From positions 285,812-317,811 of the forward strand of contig CAYJKQ010000001.1 in assembly GCA_964370815.1 (NCBI GenBank): a stretch of 32,000 nucleotides of DNA, in the 5' to 3' direction. Positions within the stretch are counted from its first letter, which is position 1. Every line of letters begins with the position of its first letter. The stretch is from an uncultured Anaerolineaceae bacterium (lineage in GTDB: Bacteria; Chloroflexota; Anaerolineae; Anaerolineales; Villigracilaceae). A program made the translations under genes and the position numbers. Below the pieces are notes generated by a model. The model was not told the DNA's origin. It saw only the letters and a program-made list of their open reading frames with translations, and did not search any database. Below, piece after piece: positions 1-9,710 of the stretch.

Positions 1-1
1 A

Positions 2-808
2 ATAATCACCTGTGCAGGAAATTTCCATGGTCGTACAATCTCCACGATCTCTTTTTCAAGTGAACCATTGTACAGGGATGATTTTGGACCATTTACACCA
101 GGTTTTGTTTCTGTTCCCTACGGGGATGCTGGTGCGATTGCAGAGGTAATAAACCCTAATACTGCTGCAGTTCTATTAGAACCCATCCAGGGTGAAGCAG
201 GAGTCATTATTCCTCCTGATGGATATTTAAGAAAAGTTGCAGCATTATGCAAGGAAAATAATGTGCTGTTTATTGCCGATGAGATCCAAACTGGTCTGGG
301 ACGCACAGGAAAACTTTTTGCCTGCCAACATGAAAATGTACACCCCGATATTACGATAATTGGGAAAGCTCTTTCCGGAGGATTTTATCCAATTTCTGCA
401 ATTGTAGCTGATCAAGCGCTCTTAGGGTTATTTACACCAGGGGAACATGGCTCCACTTTTGGCGGAAATCCTTTGGCGGCTGCAATTGCAAGGGAAGCAA
501 TGAGAGTGTTGTTGGATGAAAAAATGATAGAAAATTCCGCCATTCTAGGTGAATATTTTAAAGACCATTTGTGCGAAATTTCCAGCGGGCATATCGAAGA
601 AATTCGAGGAAAGGGATTGTTCATCGGTGTGGTTTTAAATTCAAACGCAGGTGGAGCTCGGCGTTTTTGTGAAGCACTTCAAAAGCATGGGATATTAGCG
701 AAGGAAACTCATCAAAATATTATCCGCTTTGCACCTCCTTTGATAATCGACAAAGAAATTATCGATTGGGCTTTACCACATATACGTGATGTTTTAAGGA
801 TGAAGTAA
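2..808 (+). CDS. rocD: Ornithine--oxo-acid aminotransferase-like class III PLP aminotransferase, 5' truncated by the window edge
   Basis: The frame is open from base 2 (IITCAGNFHGRTISTISFSSEPLYRDDFGPFTPGF), upstream of the listed start at 68. It contains the class III motifs LLEPIQGEAGVIIPPDGYL, FIADEIQTGLGRTG, GKALSGGFYPISA and EHGSTFGGNPLAAA. Confidence 0.9.
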   Translation: MITCAGNFHGRTISTISFSSEPLYRDDFGPFTPGFVSVPYGDAGAIAEVINPNTAAVLLEPIQGEAGVIIPPDGYLRKVAALCKENNVLFIADEIQTGLGRTGKLFACQHENVHPDITIIGKALSGGFYPISAIVADQALLGLFTPGEHGSTFGGNPLAAAIAREAMRVLLDEKMIENSAILGEYFKDHLCEISSGHIEEIRGKGLFIGVVLNSNAGGARRFCEALQKHGILAKETHQNIIRFAPPLIIDKEIIDWALPHIRDVLRMK

Positions 809-862
809 TATCCTGGAAATAATTAATTAGTTTTATAAAGAATGGGATGAATGGAGAAAAAA

Positions 863-1963
863 ATGAATATCGGGATACCTAAAGAGCGACGGCCTTTTGA
901 GTACCGGGTGGGACTATCTCCCTCAGGAGTAGAAATTCTCTGTCGAGCAGGAAATACCTGCTTTGTTGAGCATAATGCAGGATTGGGAGCAGGTTTCAGC
1001 GATCTGGAATATGAACATGCAGGTGCACATATAGTTTATCTGATGGAGGAAGTTTTTGGTCGATCAGATCTGCTTGTGAAAGTTCAAAGACCTATTCAGG
1101 ATGAATTGGATTTTTTACGTCCTGGATCAGCCCTGGCAGGATATCTGTTATTGGCATCTGCCAGACAGGATAAGATTGATCATTTATTGAATAAAAAAAT
1201 TACATCCATTGCATTTGAGCAAATTCAACTGGCAGACGGATCATTGCCAGTACTAAGACCTTTTAGTGAAGTTTGCGGGTTGATGACAGCCCAAATCGCT
1301 GCGCGTTTTTTGCAGAGCAATTTAGGAGGAAAGGGAATATTGTTAAGTGGTGTTCCAGGTGTACCTTCTGCTGAAGTTGTCATTATTGGTGCTGGAGTTG
1401 TGGGCACAAATTCTGCCCGGGCTTTCATAGGTTTAGGTGCACAAGTAACAGTATTAGACAATACGATGGATGCCCTTCAAAAGTTGAATGAACGGTTCCC
1501 ATCAGTCGTAACATTGATGGCAACTGATCGAAATATTGAACGTGTTTGTAGTTATGCTGATGTTATTGTGGGTGCGGTATTGAAACCTGGCGAACTCTCA
1601 CCGGTTGTAGTCTCGCGTAGGGTAGTTCAAAAAATGAAGCCTAGATCAGTGATTATTGATGTCAGTATTGATTTGGGTGGATGTTTTGAAACATCTCGAC
1701 CCACCAATCATGAAAATCCAACTTTTATTGAAGAAGGTGTGATTCATTATTGTGTACCGAATATCCCGGGAGTGATTGCAAGAACAGCAACCCACGCCTA
1801 TGCCAATGCGGTCATACCGTATCTCTTGGAACTTGCAACCTTAGGGATTGAAAAAGCAATTGTGGACAACAAGGCTATTGAAACTGCCGTAAATACATAT
1901 CACGGAGAAATCAGGCATTTGAAACGCTTGACAAGCGTAGGAGGTAACCATGGATTGGAATAG
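863..1963 (+). CDS. ald: Alanine dehydrogenase-like protein (AlaDH/PNT family)
   Basis: MNIGIPKERRPFEYRVGLSPSGVE, GGKGILLSGVPGVPSAEVVIIGAGVVGTNSARAFIGLGAQVTVLD and VHYCVPNIPGVIARTATHAYANAVIPY. The listed ORF starts at 851, but the ATG at 863 has a better-spaced GGAG upstream. Confidence 0.85.
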   Translation: MNIGIPKERRPFEYRVGLSPSGVEILCRAGNTCFVEHNAGLGAGFSDLEYEHAGAHIVYLMEEVFGRSDLLVKVQRPIQDELDFLRPGSALAGYLLLASARQDKIDHLLNKKITSIAFEQIQLADGSLPVLRPFSEVCGLMTAQIAARFLQSNLGGKGILLSGVPGVPSAEVVIIGAGVVGTNSARAFIGLGAQVTVLDNTMDALQKLNERFPSVVTLMATDRNIERVCSYADVIVGAVLKPGELSPVVVSRRVVQKMKPRSVIIDVSIDLGGCFETSRPTNHENPTFIEEGVIHYCVPNIPGVIARTATHAYANAVIPYLLELATLGIEKAIVDNKAIETAVNTYHGEIRHLKRLTSVGGNHGLE

Positions 1964-3260
1964 TCAATACCAGTCACGCATTGTTACTCCAGAAGAAGCT
2001 GTCATGGCGATCACCTCGGGTAACCGGTTATTCATGACAGGAAATGTTTCTGTCCCACAAACAATTCTAGCTGCATTAGTGAAATATGCACCGAACTTAC
2101 AAAATGTAGAAATTTGTCAGGCTTTGACAATCGGTTCGGCGGATTATGTATCACCAGATATGGAAGGACATTTAAAGGTAAATACATTTTTCATCAGTGC
2201 GAATATTCGAAAAGCAGTTCACGATGGGCGAGCTGATTTTTCTCCGGTATTTTTATCTGAATTTCCTTTACTATTTAAACATAGTATTTTGCCGATTGAT
2301 GTTGCCATAATCCATGTATCCCCACCAGACGAGCATGGTTTTTGTAGTTTGGGAGTTGAAGTCGGACTCACAAAATCACCGGCTGAATCTGCAAAAATCA
2401 TTATTGCAGAAGTCAACGAGAAAATGCCGCGTACATTAGGAGATTCTTTTATCCATGTCAGTCGATTAAACTTTATGGTTCCGGTTGATTATCCTATTCC
2501 GGAAATGCCAATGAGTGAAGATGGACCTTCTGAAATAGTTGAAAAGATTGCAGGGTATATTGCTGAAATGATACCAGATGGTGCTACCATGCAACTGGGA
2601 ATCGGTGCAATCCCAGATGCGGTATTAAAATACTTGTATCATAAAAAAGATCTTGGAGTTCATTCAGAATTATTTTCGGATGGTGTGATTGGATTGGTAG
2701 AGGCTGGTGTAATTACGAACTCACGTAAAACACTGCATCCTGGAAAAATAGTAGCTGGGTTTGTCTTGGGTACAACAAGGCTTTACAATTGGATAGATGA
2801 TAATCCCCTGATTGAACTTCACCGGACAGAATATGTCAACGACCCCTTTGTTATTTCGCAAAACGAAAAAATGGTGGCGATTAATTCCGCCATTGAAGTT
2901 GACCTCACAGGTCAGGTTTGTTCGGACAGTATAGGACCAAAGCTCTATAGTGGGGTGGGTGGTCAGTTGGATTTCATATATGGAGCATCACGGTCCAAAG
3001 GTGGTGTACCAATAATTGCTTTACCAAGTGATACGGTATTGCGCGATGGAACCCGTATCAGTCGGATTGCATCCATGCTAAAGCAAGGTGCAGGAGTAGT
3101 TACTTCCCGAAATCATGTGCGCTACATTGTTACAGAATATGGTGTAGCAGATCTATACGGAAAAACAATTCGACAACGTGCTATGTCTCTTATCAATATT
3201 GCCCATCCGGACTTTAGACCTGAACTTGAAAAAGAAGCAGGAGTGTTAAACTACATTTAA
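1950..3260 (+). CDS. Acetyl-CoA hydrolase/transferase family protein (4-hydroxybutyrate or acyl-CoA:acetate CoA-transferase-like)
   Basis: IIHVSPPDEHGFCSLGVEVGLTKSPAESAKIIIAEVNEKMPRTLGDSFIH, DGATMQLGIGAIPDAVL, SELFSDGVIGLVEAGVITNSRK and VTSRNHVRYIVTEYGVADLYGKTIRQRAMSLINIAHPDFR. It overlaps the previous CDS by 14 nt. Confidence 0.88.
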   Translation: MDWNSQYQSRIVTPEEAVMAITSGNRLFMTGNVSVPQTILAALVKYAPNLQNVEICQALTIGSADYVSPDMEGHLKVNTFFISANIRKAVHDGRADFSPVFLSEFPLLFKHSILPIDVAIIHVSPPDEHGFCSLGVEVGLTKSPAESAKIIIAEVNEKMPRTLGDSFIHVSRLNFMVPVDYPIPEMPMSEDGPSEIVEKIAGYIAEMIPDGATMQLGIGAIPDAVLKYLYHKKDLGVHSELFSDGVIGLVEAGVITNSRKTLHPGKIVAGFVLGTTRLYNWIDDNPLIELHRTEYVNDPFVISQNEKMVAINSAIEVDLTGQVCSDSIGPKLYSGVGGQLDFIYGASRSKGGVPIIALPSDTVLRDGTRISRIASMLKQGAGVVTSRNHVRYIVTEYGVADLYGKTIRQRAMSLINIAHPDFRPELEKEAGVLNYI

Positions 3261-3280
3261 GGTAGGATTTAAAAGTAATA

Positions 3281-4702
3281 ATGCGGAAATGTAAAATTGT
3301 AGCAACAATAGGACCTGCCTCTCAAGATTATGATTCGCTTGAGCAGTTAATTCACGCTGGCATGAATATCGTTCGATTAAATTTTTCACATGGTTCACAA
3401 GGAGACCACCTAGCTGTAATTATTAAAACAAGAGAATTATCTATGAAATTAGGTTCTCCTGTAGGTATTCTACAAGATCTACAAGGTCCTAAACTGCGCA
3501 TAGGCATCCTGAACACTCCCATTTTTCTTGAAAAAGACCAAATTATGAAGTTGGTCCCGCAAAGATACCTAAAAATGAATAGCCAAGAAATACCTATCGA
3601 TATTCCTGAGTTGTATCAAACAATTAAAAAAGGGGATAAGATTCTGATGAATGATGGCAACATCTATCTTGAAGTTCTTAGTTCATCAGACGAAGCTATA
3701 ACTACTCGGGTTATTGATGGTGGGAACCTTTCCTCCATGCAGGGTATAAATTTACCAGGTATTGCATTGGATATTCCTGCTGTGACAGAAAAAGATGAGG
3801 ACGATCTAGCCTTCGGTTTATCCATGGGTGTTGATGCTGTAGCGATATCTTTTATAAGAAATGCAAAAGATGTTATTCGAGTTCGCCAACTAATCAAGAA
3901 AATTTCGAAAGACCAGAATCCATTGTTGATCGCAAAATTGGAAAAGCCTGAAGCGTTGAAGAATCTTGAAGAAATCATAGAAGTATCAGATGGCGTTATG
4001 GTAGCACGAGGAGATTTGGGGGTGGAGATGGATCTTGAAGATGTACCGGTAGCACAAAAAAGGATCATAAGAACCGCCAATAATAAGAATAAAATAGTGA
4101 TCACTGCTACCCAGATGCTTGAGTCAATGATTTATGAATCAAATCCGACTCGAGCTGAAGCATCAGATGTTGCCAATGCAATATTTGATGGCTCAGATAT
4201 GGTTATGTTATCAGGGGAAACAGCCATAGGAAAATACCCGGTTGAAACTGTATCTGCAATGGATCGGATTATCCGTCGTTCAGAAGCAGCCTATCAAGAA
4301 TGGGGTCATATACAAGAGAATCAGAGTTCAAATTATTATGATGGGATTGCAATTGTGAAGGCAGCTCGTGAATTGGCTAATGCAAAGGATGTGACTGCTA
4401 TTGCTGTTTTTACGCGTTCTGGACAAACTGCTAATCTTATGGCAAAAATGAGACCACTTGCGCCGATTGTAGCCTTCACGCCAGAGGAAAGAATATACCA
4501 GCAACTTTCATTATTATGGGGTGTTTTCCCCCGAAAAGTTCCATTAGTAAGTACTGTGGAAGAATTGATCAGTTGTGTAGAGATCGAATTAATTTCATCT
4601 GGATTAATTTTACCCGGTCAGCAGGTCGTTTTGGTTTTTGGTTATCCGGTAGGATCGAAGGTCCCGCCGAATATGGTATTTTTGCATAAAATAGAAAATT
4701 GA
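3281..4702 (+). CDS. pyk: Pyruvate kinase
   Basis: MRKCKIVATIGPAS, MNIVRLNFSHGS, ILQDLQGPKLRIG, GVMVARGDLGVEM, ITATQMLESMIYESNPTRAEASDVANAIFDGSDMVMLSGETAIGKYPVE. Confidence 0.97.
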   Translation: MRKCKIVATIGPASQDYDSLEQLIHAGMNIVRLNFSHGSQGDHLAVIIKTRELSMKLGSPVGILQDLQGPKLRIGILNTPIFLEKDQIMKLVPQRYLKMNSQEIPIDIPELYQTIKKGDKILMNDGNIYLEVLSSSDEAITTRVIDGGNLSSMQGINLPGIALDIPAVTEKDEDDLAFGLSMGVDAVAISFIRNAKDVIRVRQLIKKISKDQNPLLIAKLEKPEALKNLEEIIEVSDGVMVARGDLGVEMDLEDVPVAQKRIIRTANNKNKIVITATQMLESMIYESNPTRAEASDVANAIFDGSDMVMLSGETAIGKYPVETVSAMDRIIRRSEAAYQEWGHIQENQSSNYYDGIAIVKAARELANAKDVTAIAVFTRSGQTANLMAKMRPLAPIVAFTPEERIYQQLSLLWGVFPRKVPLVSTVEELISCVEIELISSGLILPGQQVVLVFGYPVGSKVPPNMVFLHKIEN

Positions 4703-4726
4703 TAATATCCAAAATCATTGTATAGG

Positions 4727-4758
4727 AAAAAGAGCGAGGAATTTTCCTCGCTCTTTTT
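4727..4758. terminator. Bidirectional Rho-independent terminator between convergent pyk and korB
   Basis: AAAAAGAGCGAGGAA-TT-TTCCTCGCTCTTTTT is a near-perfect GC-containing hairpin with an A-tract upstream and a T-tract downstream. Confidence 0.85.
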
Positions 4759-4770
4759 TATGAAGAAAGT

Positions 4771-5808
4771 CTACAACATATCTTCGTTTATTTGAGAAAG
4801 CGTTTCTGGCGCAGGTCGTAAATCTTTATCAATTAATCTATTAAGTGGTGCAGCGGGTAGATTGTATCTTTCAATTAAAGATGGTCTATCACATTCAATA
4901 TAAATCAACCCGGTTACAAGCAAATTGTTCTGTTGCGATTCTTCGAGCATGCGGAGAGCTTGCCATCTGTCTGTGGGGTCGTATTCTTTTTCAAGTTTTT
5001 TCAGCATTATCATATTTCCATCATGGAGGCAAACTTCAGTTACAGTTCCGGGCAAAATATCGTCAGCCAGCAGAATTTCATCAAGTATTGGAACGAAGGA
5101 TATCTCGTGAAGAGGCGCTTCATGATCTTTTCCCCATGTATAGGAATGAAATGCATTTACCTCGTTATTAAATGTTACACAAGGGCTGATTACATCTAAT
5201 ATCGCAACACCATTATGATTTAGAGCAGCTTTGATCAATTCTTTAACTTGTTTGGCATCACCGGCAAAGGAACGTGCTACAAATGTTGCGTTTGAAATTA
5301 TTGCCTCCATGCAAATATCTACTGGCATGTATGGATTTGTCCCTTGATGCTTAAGGTTTAATCCGACTTCGGCAGTGGCAGAAAATTGACCTTTTGTTAA
5401 TCCATAAACCCCGTTATTTTCAACTATATAGACCATGGGAGTATTTCTACGCATCATGTGTTTGAACCCACTCATACCAATTGAGGCAGTATCTCCATCC
5501 CCCGATATTCCGAGGGCTTTCAAGCTGGTATCGGCAAAAATAGCCCCGGTAACAAGAGGAGCCATTCGTCCGTGCAGGCTATTAAAACCAAAAGAGCGGT
5601 TCAGAAAATAAGCTGGGCTCTTACTGGAGCAGCCAATACCGCTGAATTTTAAAATCTCTTCAGGCACGATTCCCAATTCATAACAAGCAGAAATGATCTG
5701 GTTGGAGATCGAGTTATGACCGCACCCTTGGCATAAACTGGACGGGAGACCTTTATAATCGTTCTTAGTTAATCCGATCTGGTTTGTGTTTGAAACCGTT
5801 GTGACCAT
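4771..5808 (-). CDS. korB: 2-oxoacid:ferredoxin oxidoreductase, beta subunit (TPP-binding)
   Basis: LPSSLCQGCGHNSI, FSGIGCSSKSPAYF, HGRMAPLVTGA, ISGDGDTASIGMSG, NNGVYGLTKGQFSATAE. The start is set at 5808 (MVTTVSNTN), just past the korA stop. Confidence 0.88.
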   Translation of the reverse strand: MVTTVSNTNQIGLTKNDYKGLPSSLCQGCGHNSISNQIISACYELGIVPEEILKFSGIGCSSKSPAYFLNRSFGFNSLHGRMAPLVTGAIFADTSLKALGISGDGDTASIGMSGFKHMMRRNTPMVYIVENNGVYGLTKGQFSATAEVGLNLKHQGTNPYMPVDICMEAIISNATFVARSFAGDAKQVKELIKAALNHNGVAILDVISPCVTFNNEVNAFHSYTWGKDHEAPLHEISFVPILDEILLADDILPGTVTEVCLHDGNMIMLKKLEKEYDPTDRWQALRMLEESQQNNLLVTGLIYIECDRPSLIERYNLPAAPLNRLIDKDLRPAPETLSQINEDML

Positions 5809-5809
5809 G

Positions 5810-7606
5810 TTATATAGCCTCCAATGCCTTGATTCTGTCACTTACCCAGCGAGCAGATAATGACAGACCGTTATCTTTACAGATTGATCGAAATTTTATT
5901 GCTTGATCTGGCATATTAATGGTTATTAATTGGTTTAATTGCCCATCATGATTAGTTTCAACGATATAAACTCTCTCATGGATATGGACAAAACTGGTTA
6001 CTTCGTCTGTGAAGGGTAAAGCTCTTATTCGAAGATAATCACTTGTTAATCCGTTCTTTTTCAGGATTGTTCGTGCTTCGTAAACAGCAGGCTCATTTGA
6101 TCCGAAAGTGATGATCCCGATATTTGAATTTTCCGAGTTATCAACGATTGGTTTAGGGACAACTGAGCGAGCTGTTTTGTATTTAAGCTTTATTCTATCC
6201 ATGTTAGTTTCCCAAACATCTGGATCCTCGCTGTAAACTGCATTCTCGTTATGACCAGTACCACGTGAAAAATATCCAGCTTTGGGATGTCGATTACCAG
6301 CCACAGTTCTATAGGGAATTCCATCTCCATCAATATCACGATACCGTCCCCAATTTTTGTAATCGTTCTCCAAATCTGCTTCCCATAAAATTTTACCGCG
6401 ATCCAGGGGTTTATTCGGATATTTAAAGGCTTCGGTCATCCATTGATTCATACCTAGGTCAAGATCACTCAGTACAAATATTGGAGTTTGAAGATGTTCA
6501 GCTAGATCCAATGCCATACCCCCGAATTCAAAACACTCGTTTACTGAGCCGGGCAATAGAATTACATGCTGTGTGTCACCATGCCCCATAAAGTATGTAA
6601 AGGTTAAATCACCCTGTGACGTTCGAGTTGGTAACCCTGTACTTGGTCCAATGCGTTGAACATCCCAAACGACAATTGGAACTTCCGCAAAATAAGCCAA
6701 TCCAGCAAATTCAGTCATCAGGCTCAAGCCAGGTCCAGACGTGGAAGTCATTGAGCGCAAACCTGCCCAACCTGCGCCAACTGCCATTCCAATTGCAGAT
6801 AATTCATCTTCTGCCTGAATAACTGCATAAGTATTTTCACCTTCAGCGTTTTTCCTAAGTTTAGGAAGATATTCGTTCAGCGATTCGGCCAGGCTGGTAG
6901 CAGGGGTAATGGGATACCAGGCTGCAAATTGCACGCCACCATAAATGGCACCTAACGCTGCTGCAGTATTACCATCAGACATGATCAACCCATTGGTCTT
7001 ATCCATTGGTTCAACCCGATAAGGATCTGATTTCGTGAGGTTTGTGGCAGCCCATTCAGCTGCAGCTTTAACCATGTTGATATTCGATTCAATCGGTTTG
7101 GGTTTGCCTTTAAAATGAAAATCAAGAGCTGAGTGTAGTTTTTCAATATCAATACCTATTATGTGCGCCAGAATTCCAACATAAACCATGTTCGCAATAT
7201 AATCACGAAGCGCTGGTGATACATCCGCGGTTTTAACCAATTGTTTGATAGGCATGGGGTAAACCGAGATATCTGTGCGGTTAATTGGGCTACTTATGTC
7301 ATCTGTATAAAAAAAGGCACCCCCTGGAACCACACTTGCAAGATCTTTTACAAAAGAAGCTTGATTCATACAGACAACAATTTCATGCTCATCACGGCGT
7401 GCAGTATATCCTTCTTTACTAACCCGGATGGTATACCACGTTGGCAGACCTTGGATATTTGAAGGAAAAAGGTTTTTTCCAGATACTGGTATTCCCATTT
7501 TAAATAAGGCGCGTAACAAAGTAGTGTTTGCAGTTTGACTGCCCGACCCATTGACGGTAGCAATAGTGATGCAAAAATCATTAATTATCTTTTTTTGGTC
7601 TAGCAT
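5810..7606 (-). CDS. korA: 2-oxoacid:ferredoxin oxidoreductase, fused gamma-alpha subunit
   Basis: N-terminal gamma-like domain (TIATVNGSGSQTANTTLLRALFKMGIPVSGKNLFPSNIQGLPTWYTIRVSKEG) followed by the pyrimidine-binding domain (FAAWYPITPATSLAESL, AEDELSAIGMAVGAGWAGLRSMTSTSGPGLSLMTEF). Confidence 0.88.
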   Translation of the reverse strand: MLDQKKIINDFCITIATVNGSGSQTANTTLLRALFKMGIPVSGKNLFPSNIQGLPTWYTIRVSKEGYTARRDEHEIVVCMNQASFVKDLASVVPGGAFFYTDDISSPINRTDISVYPMPIKQLVKTADVSPALRDYIANMVYVGILAHIIGIDIEKLHSALDFHFKGKPKPIESNINMVKAAAEWAATNLTKSDPYRVEPMDKTNGLIMSDGNTAAALGAIYGGVQFAAWYPITPATSLAESLNEYLPKLRKNAEGENTYAVIQAEDELSAIGMAVGAGWAGLRSMTSTSGPGLSLMTEFAGLAYFAEVPIVVWDVQRIGPSTGLPTRTSQGDLTFTYFMGHGDTQHVILLPGSVNECFEFGGMALDLAEHLQTPIFVLSDLDLGMNQWMTEAFKYPNKPLDRGKILWEADLENDYKNWGRYRDIDGDGIPYRTVAGNRHPKAGYFSRGTGHNENAVYSEDPDVWETNMDRIKLKYKTARSVVPKPIVDNSENSNIGIITFGSNEPAVYEARTILKKNGLTSDYLRIRALPFTDEVTSFVHIHERVYIVETNHDGQLNQLITINMPDQAIKFRSICKDNGLSLSARWVSDRIKALEAI

Positions 7607-7643
7607 AAATCACTCCTTCTTCCTTTTGTAGGGAAGATATTTA

Positions 7644-8336
7644 TTAAGTTTCATCCTGATTTTTTGGACGGTGGAATATGAGATCAGTATGATCCAGAAG
7701 AAGGCGATACCCTAAGTCAAAATCATTGCTGCAAATTGCATTTACTATTCGACGATGGAATTGCCAGACTTCTTGAAGATAGGTTAACCCTGTATATACA
7801 TTTAACCCAATGGTTTCATATGCATCCCAATAAACATCCAAAAGTCCATAAACAAATTCGTTATTAAGTCGTTTATAAATGGTTAAATGTAATTCCCGGT
7901 GTTCAGCATGAGGAATTTGAATGGGGTCACCGTTGAGTTTATTATTCGCGCGTTCAATCAGTGAGTTTAGAAAAACGAGATCATCCTTGGTAAGTTTAGC
8001 AACTGCTTCGTACCAGTATGCCTCTTCAATATGCTTGCGGAGGTCAGCAAATTCCTCAAAGTGGGAGATATCATTCGCGAGAGCATATGCCAAACTTAGG
8101 TGAACGGCAGGAGAAAATTTATAAGGTAATTTCTGAATCCCTTTCCTTGGCCGAACTTCAACCAACCCGAGTGCTCTGGCAACTTCTAACTGCTCCCGGA
8201 GGCTGGCGACACTAATGTTAAGGGTTTTGCTGAGCTGGGACAGAGAAGGCAAACTCTGAGAACCTTCTTGGTCATGAATAGCAAGAAACTTGGCAAAACT
8301 GGATAACGGGTCAAATGGTTTGATATCTTGTATCAT
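7644..8336 (-). CDS. GntR/FadR-family transcriptional regulator
   Basis: Helix-turn-helix region LPSLSQLSKTLNISVASLREQLEVARALGLVEVRPRKGIQKLPY with a C-terminal FCD-like domain containing HRELHLTIYKRLNN and HRRIVNAI. Confidence 0.8.
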   Translation of the reverse strand: MIQDIKPFDPLSSFAKFLAIHDQEGSQSLPSLSQLSKTLNISVASLREQLEVARALGLVEVRPRKGIQKLPYKFSPAVHLSLAYALANDISHFEEFADLRKHIEEAYWYEAVAKLTKDDLVFLNSLIERANNKLNGDPIQIPHAEHRELHLTIYKRLNNEFVYGLLDVYWDAYETIGLNVYTGLTYLQEVWQFHRRIVNAICSNDFDLGYRLLLDHTDLIFHRPKNQDET

Positions 8337-8345
8337 GGTAATCTT

Positions 8346-8362
8346 GATTAATCAGATTAATC
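8346..8362. promoter_or_regulatory. Candidate operator: tandem self-complementary 8-mers GATTAATC-A-GATTAATC, framed by TGGTAA (8336-8341) and TTACCA (8367-8372)
   Basis: Read directly from the sequence, immediately upstream of the GntR-type start codon. Confidence 0.4.
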
Positions 8363-8500
8363 TATTTTACCATTAAAAATGTCGGATTAGGATAATTCTG
8401 ATGGGAAATTTAATAAAATATGGAGGATTGCTTCAATTGTTTACTGGTCGTAAGAAATAATTAGAGATGTAAAATTCATCTGCAAATTGGTAGCAAAGCG

Positions 8501-9694
8501 CTAACTTAACGGGTTATTGAGTAAATCCATAGCGGAAGCTGTCATGATAGCAACTGCTTGGGGTAATGCTTCCTCGTCAAAATCAAAGAGGGGATGATGA
8601 TGACTTGCGTCTAGTTTCTTTTCACTATTTGCAGATCCGATAAAGAAAAAACATCCCGGTACTAATTCCATCATAAAAGCCATATCCTCTGATCCCATGG
8701 TTATGTAATTGTTATTCTCCACATCGGCAGATGGGTAAAGGGTCTGAGCTATCTTTATAATTCTATCCGTAATACCAGAATTATTGATTACGGCTGGTGT
8801 GAGTCGATTCAATTCAATCTCTGCCTGGCAACCCATTGTCTCTGCCATTCCATACACAATAACCTCAAAACGTTCAAGCACTTTGTCGCGTACTTCCAGA
8901 TCGAAAGTACGAATAGTGCCAGCCAGCAACACTTCTTGTGGAATAATATTAAAAGCTTCGCCACCATTAATCGTACAAACGCTCACAACTGCAGATTTTA
9001 ACGGTGGAATATTACGTGAAGTAATGCTTTGCAGTGCATTAATTATTTGGGCAGAAGCCAGAATGGGATCAACCGCCAAATGTGGTGCTGCTCCATGACC
9101 ACCTTTTCCTCGAATCTTAATTTTAAATATTTCTGCTCCTGCCATGGAAGCACCCTGGGAGATACCGATCCAACCGACAGGTTTATCATTCCAAAGATGT
9201 AATGCCAGAGTGAAATCGGGAACTGGGTTTTTTAGAACACCGTCGATAAGCATGCGCTCTGCTCCACCAAGGCCTTCTTCAGCAGGTTGAAAAACGAATT
9301 TAACGACACCAGGCATTTCACCTTGATGGGTACGTAAGATCTTTGCAACTGATAGTAAAATTGCTGAATGGCCATCGTGACCGCAGGCATGCATAACTCC
9401 AGGGACAATAGATGCATATTCTGCATTGGTTTCTTCTTGTAGGGGTAAGGCATCCATATCTGCTCTAATAAGCAAGACCGGTCCTGGTTTGCCCCCTTTC
9501 AATAGAGCAACGACTCCTGTTTCTGCAATTCCTGAATGAACTTCCAAACCAAGATCAGTTAATTCACGAGCTATTATTTCAGAAGTACGTTTTTCACGAA
9601 AACCTAATTCTGGGTGCATATGAAAATCTCTTCGCAACGATTGTGTATATGGAAACAGCAGTTGAGCTTCTTTAATGTAGTCGATCATGTTCAT
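8501..9694 (-). CDS. M20 family amidohydrolase/peptidase (hippurate or N-acyl-amino-acid hydrolase-like)
   Basis: RRDFHMHPELGFREKRTSEIIARELTDLG, ADMDALPLQEE, GVMHACGHDGHSAILL, VFQPAEEGLGGAERM, HAAPHLAVDPI. Confidence 0.9.
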   Translation of the reverse strand: MNMIDYIKEAQLLFPYTQSLRRDFHMHPELGFREKRTSEIIARELTDLGLEVHSGIAETGVVALLKGGKPGPVLLIRADMDALPLQEETNAEYASIVPGVMHACGHDGHSAILLSVAKILRTHQGEMPGVVKFVFQPAEEGLGGAERMLIDGVLKNPVPDFTLALHLWNDKPVGWIGISQGASMAGAEIFKIKIRGKGGHGAAPHLAVDPILASAQIINALQSITSRNIPPLKSAVVSVCTINGGEAFNIIPQEVLLAGTIRTFDLEVRDKVLERFEVIVYGMAETMGCQAEIELNRLTPAVINNSGITDRIIKIAQTLYPSADVENNNYITMGSEDMAFMMELVPGCFFFIGSANSEKKLDASHHHPLFDFDEEALPQAVAIMTASAMDLLNNPLS

Positions 9695-9710
9695 CTCCTG
9701 TCAAATTAAG

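Noticed and set aside
3664-4104. 146-aa antisense ORF inside pyk
   Set aside because: It is fully antisense to a well-supported pyruvate kinase. Its sequence is low-complexity Ser/Ile-rich, as expected from antisense reading.
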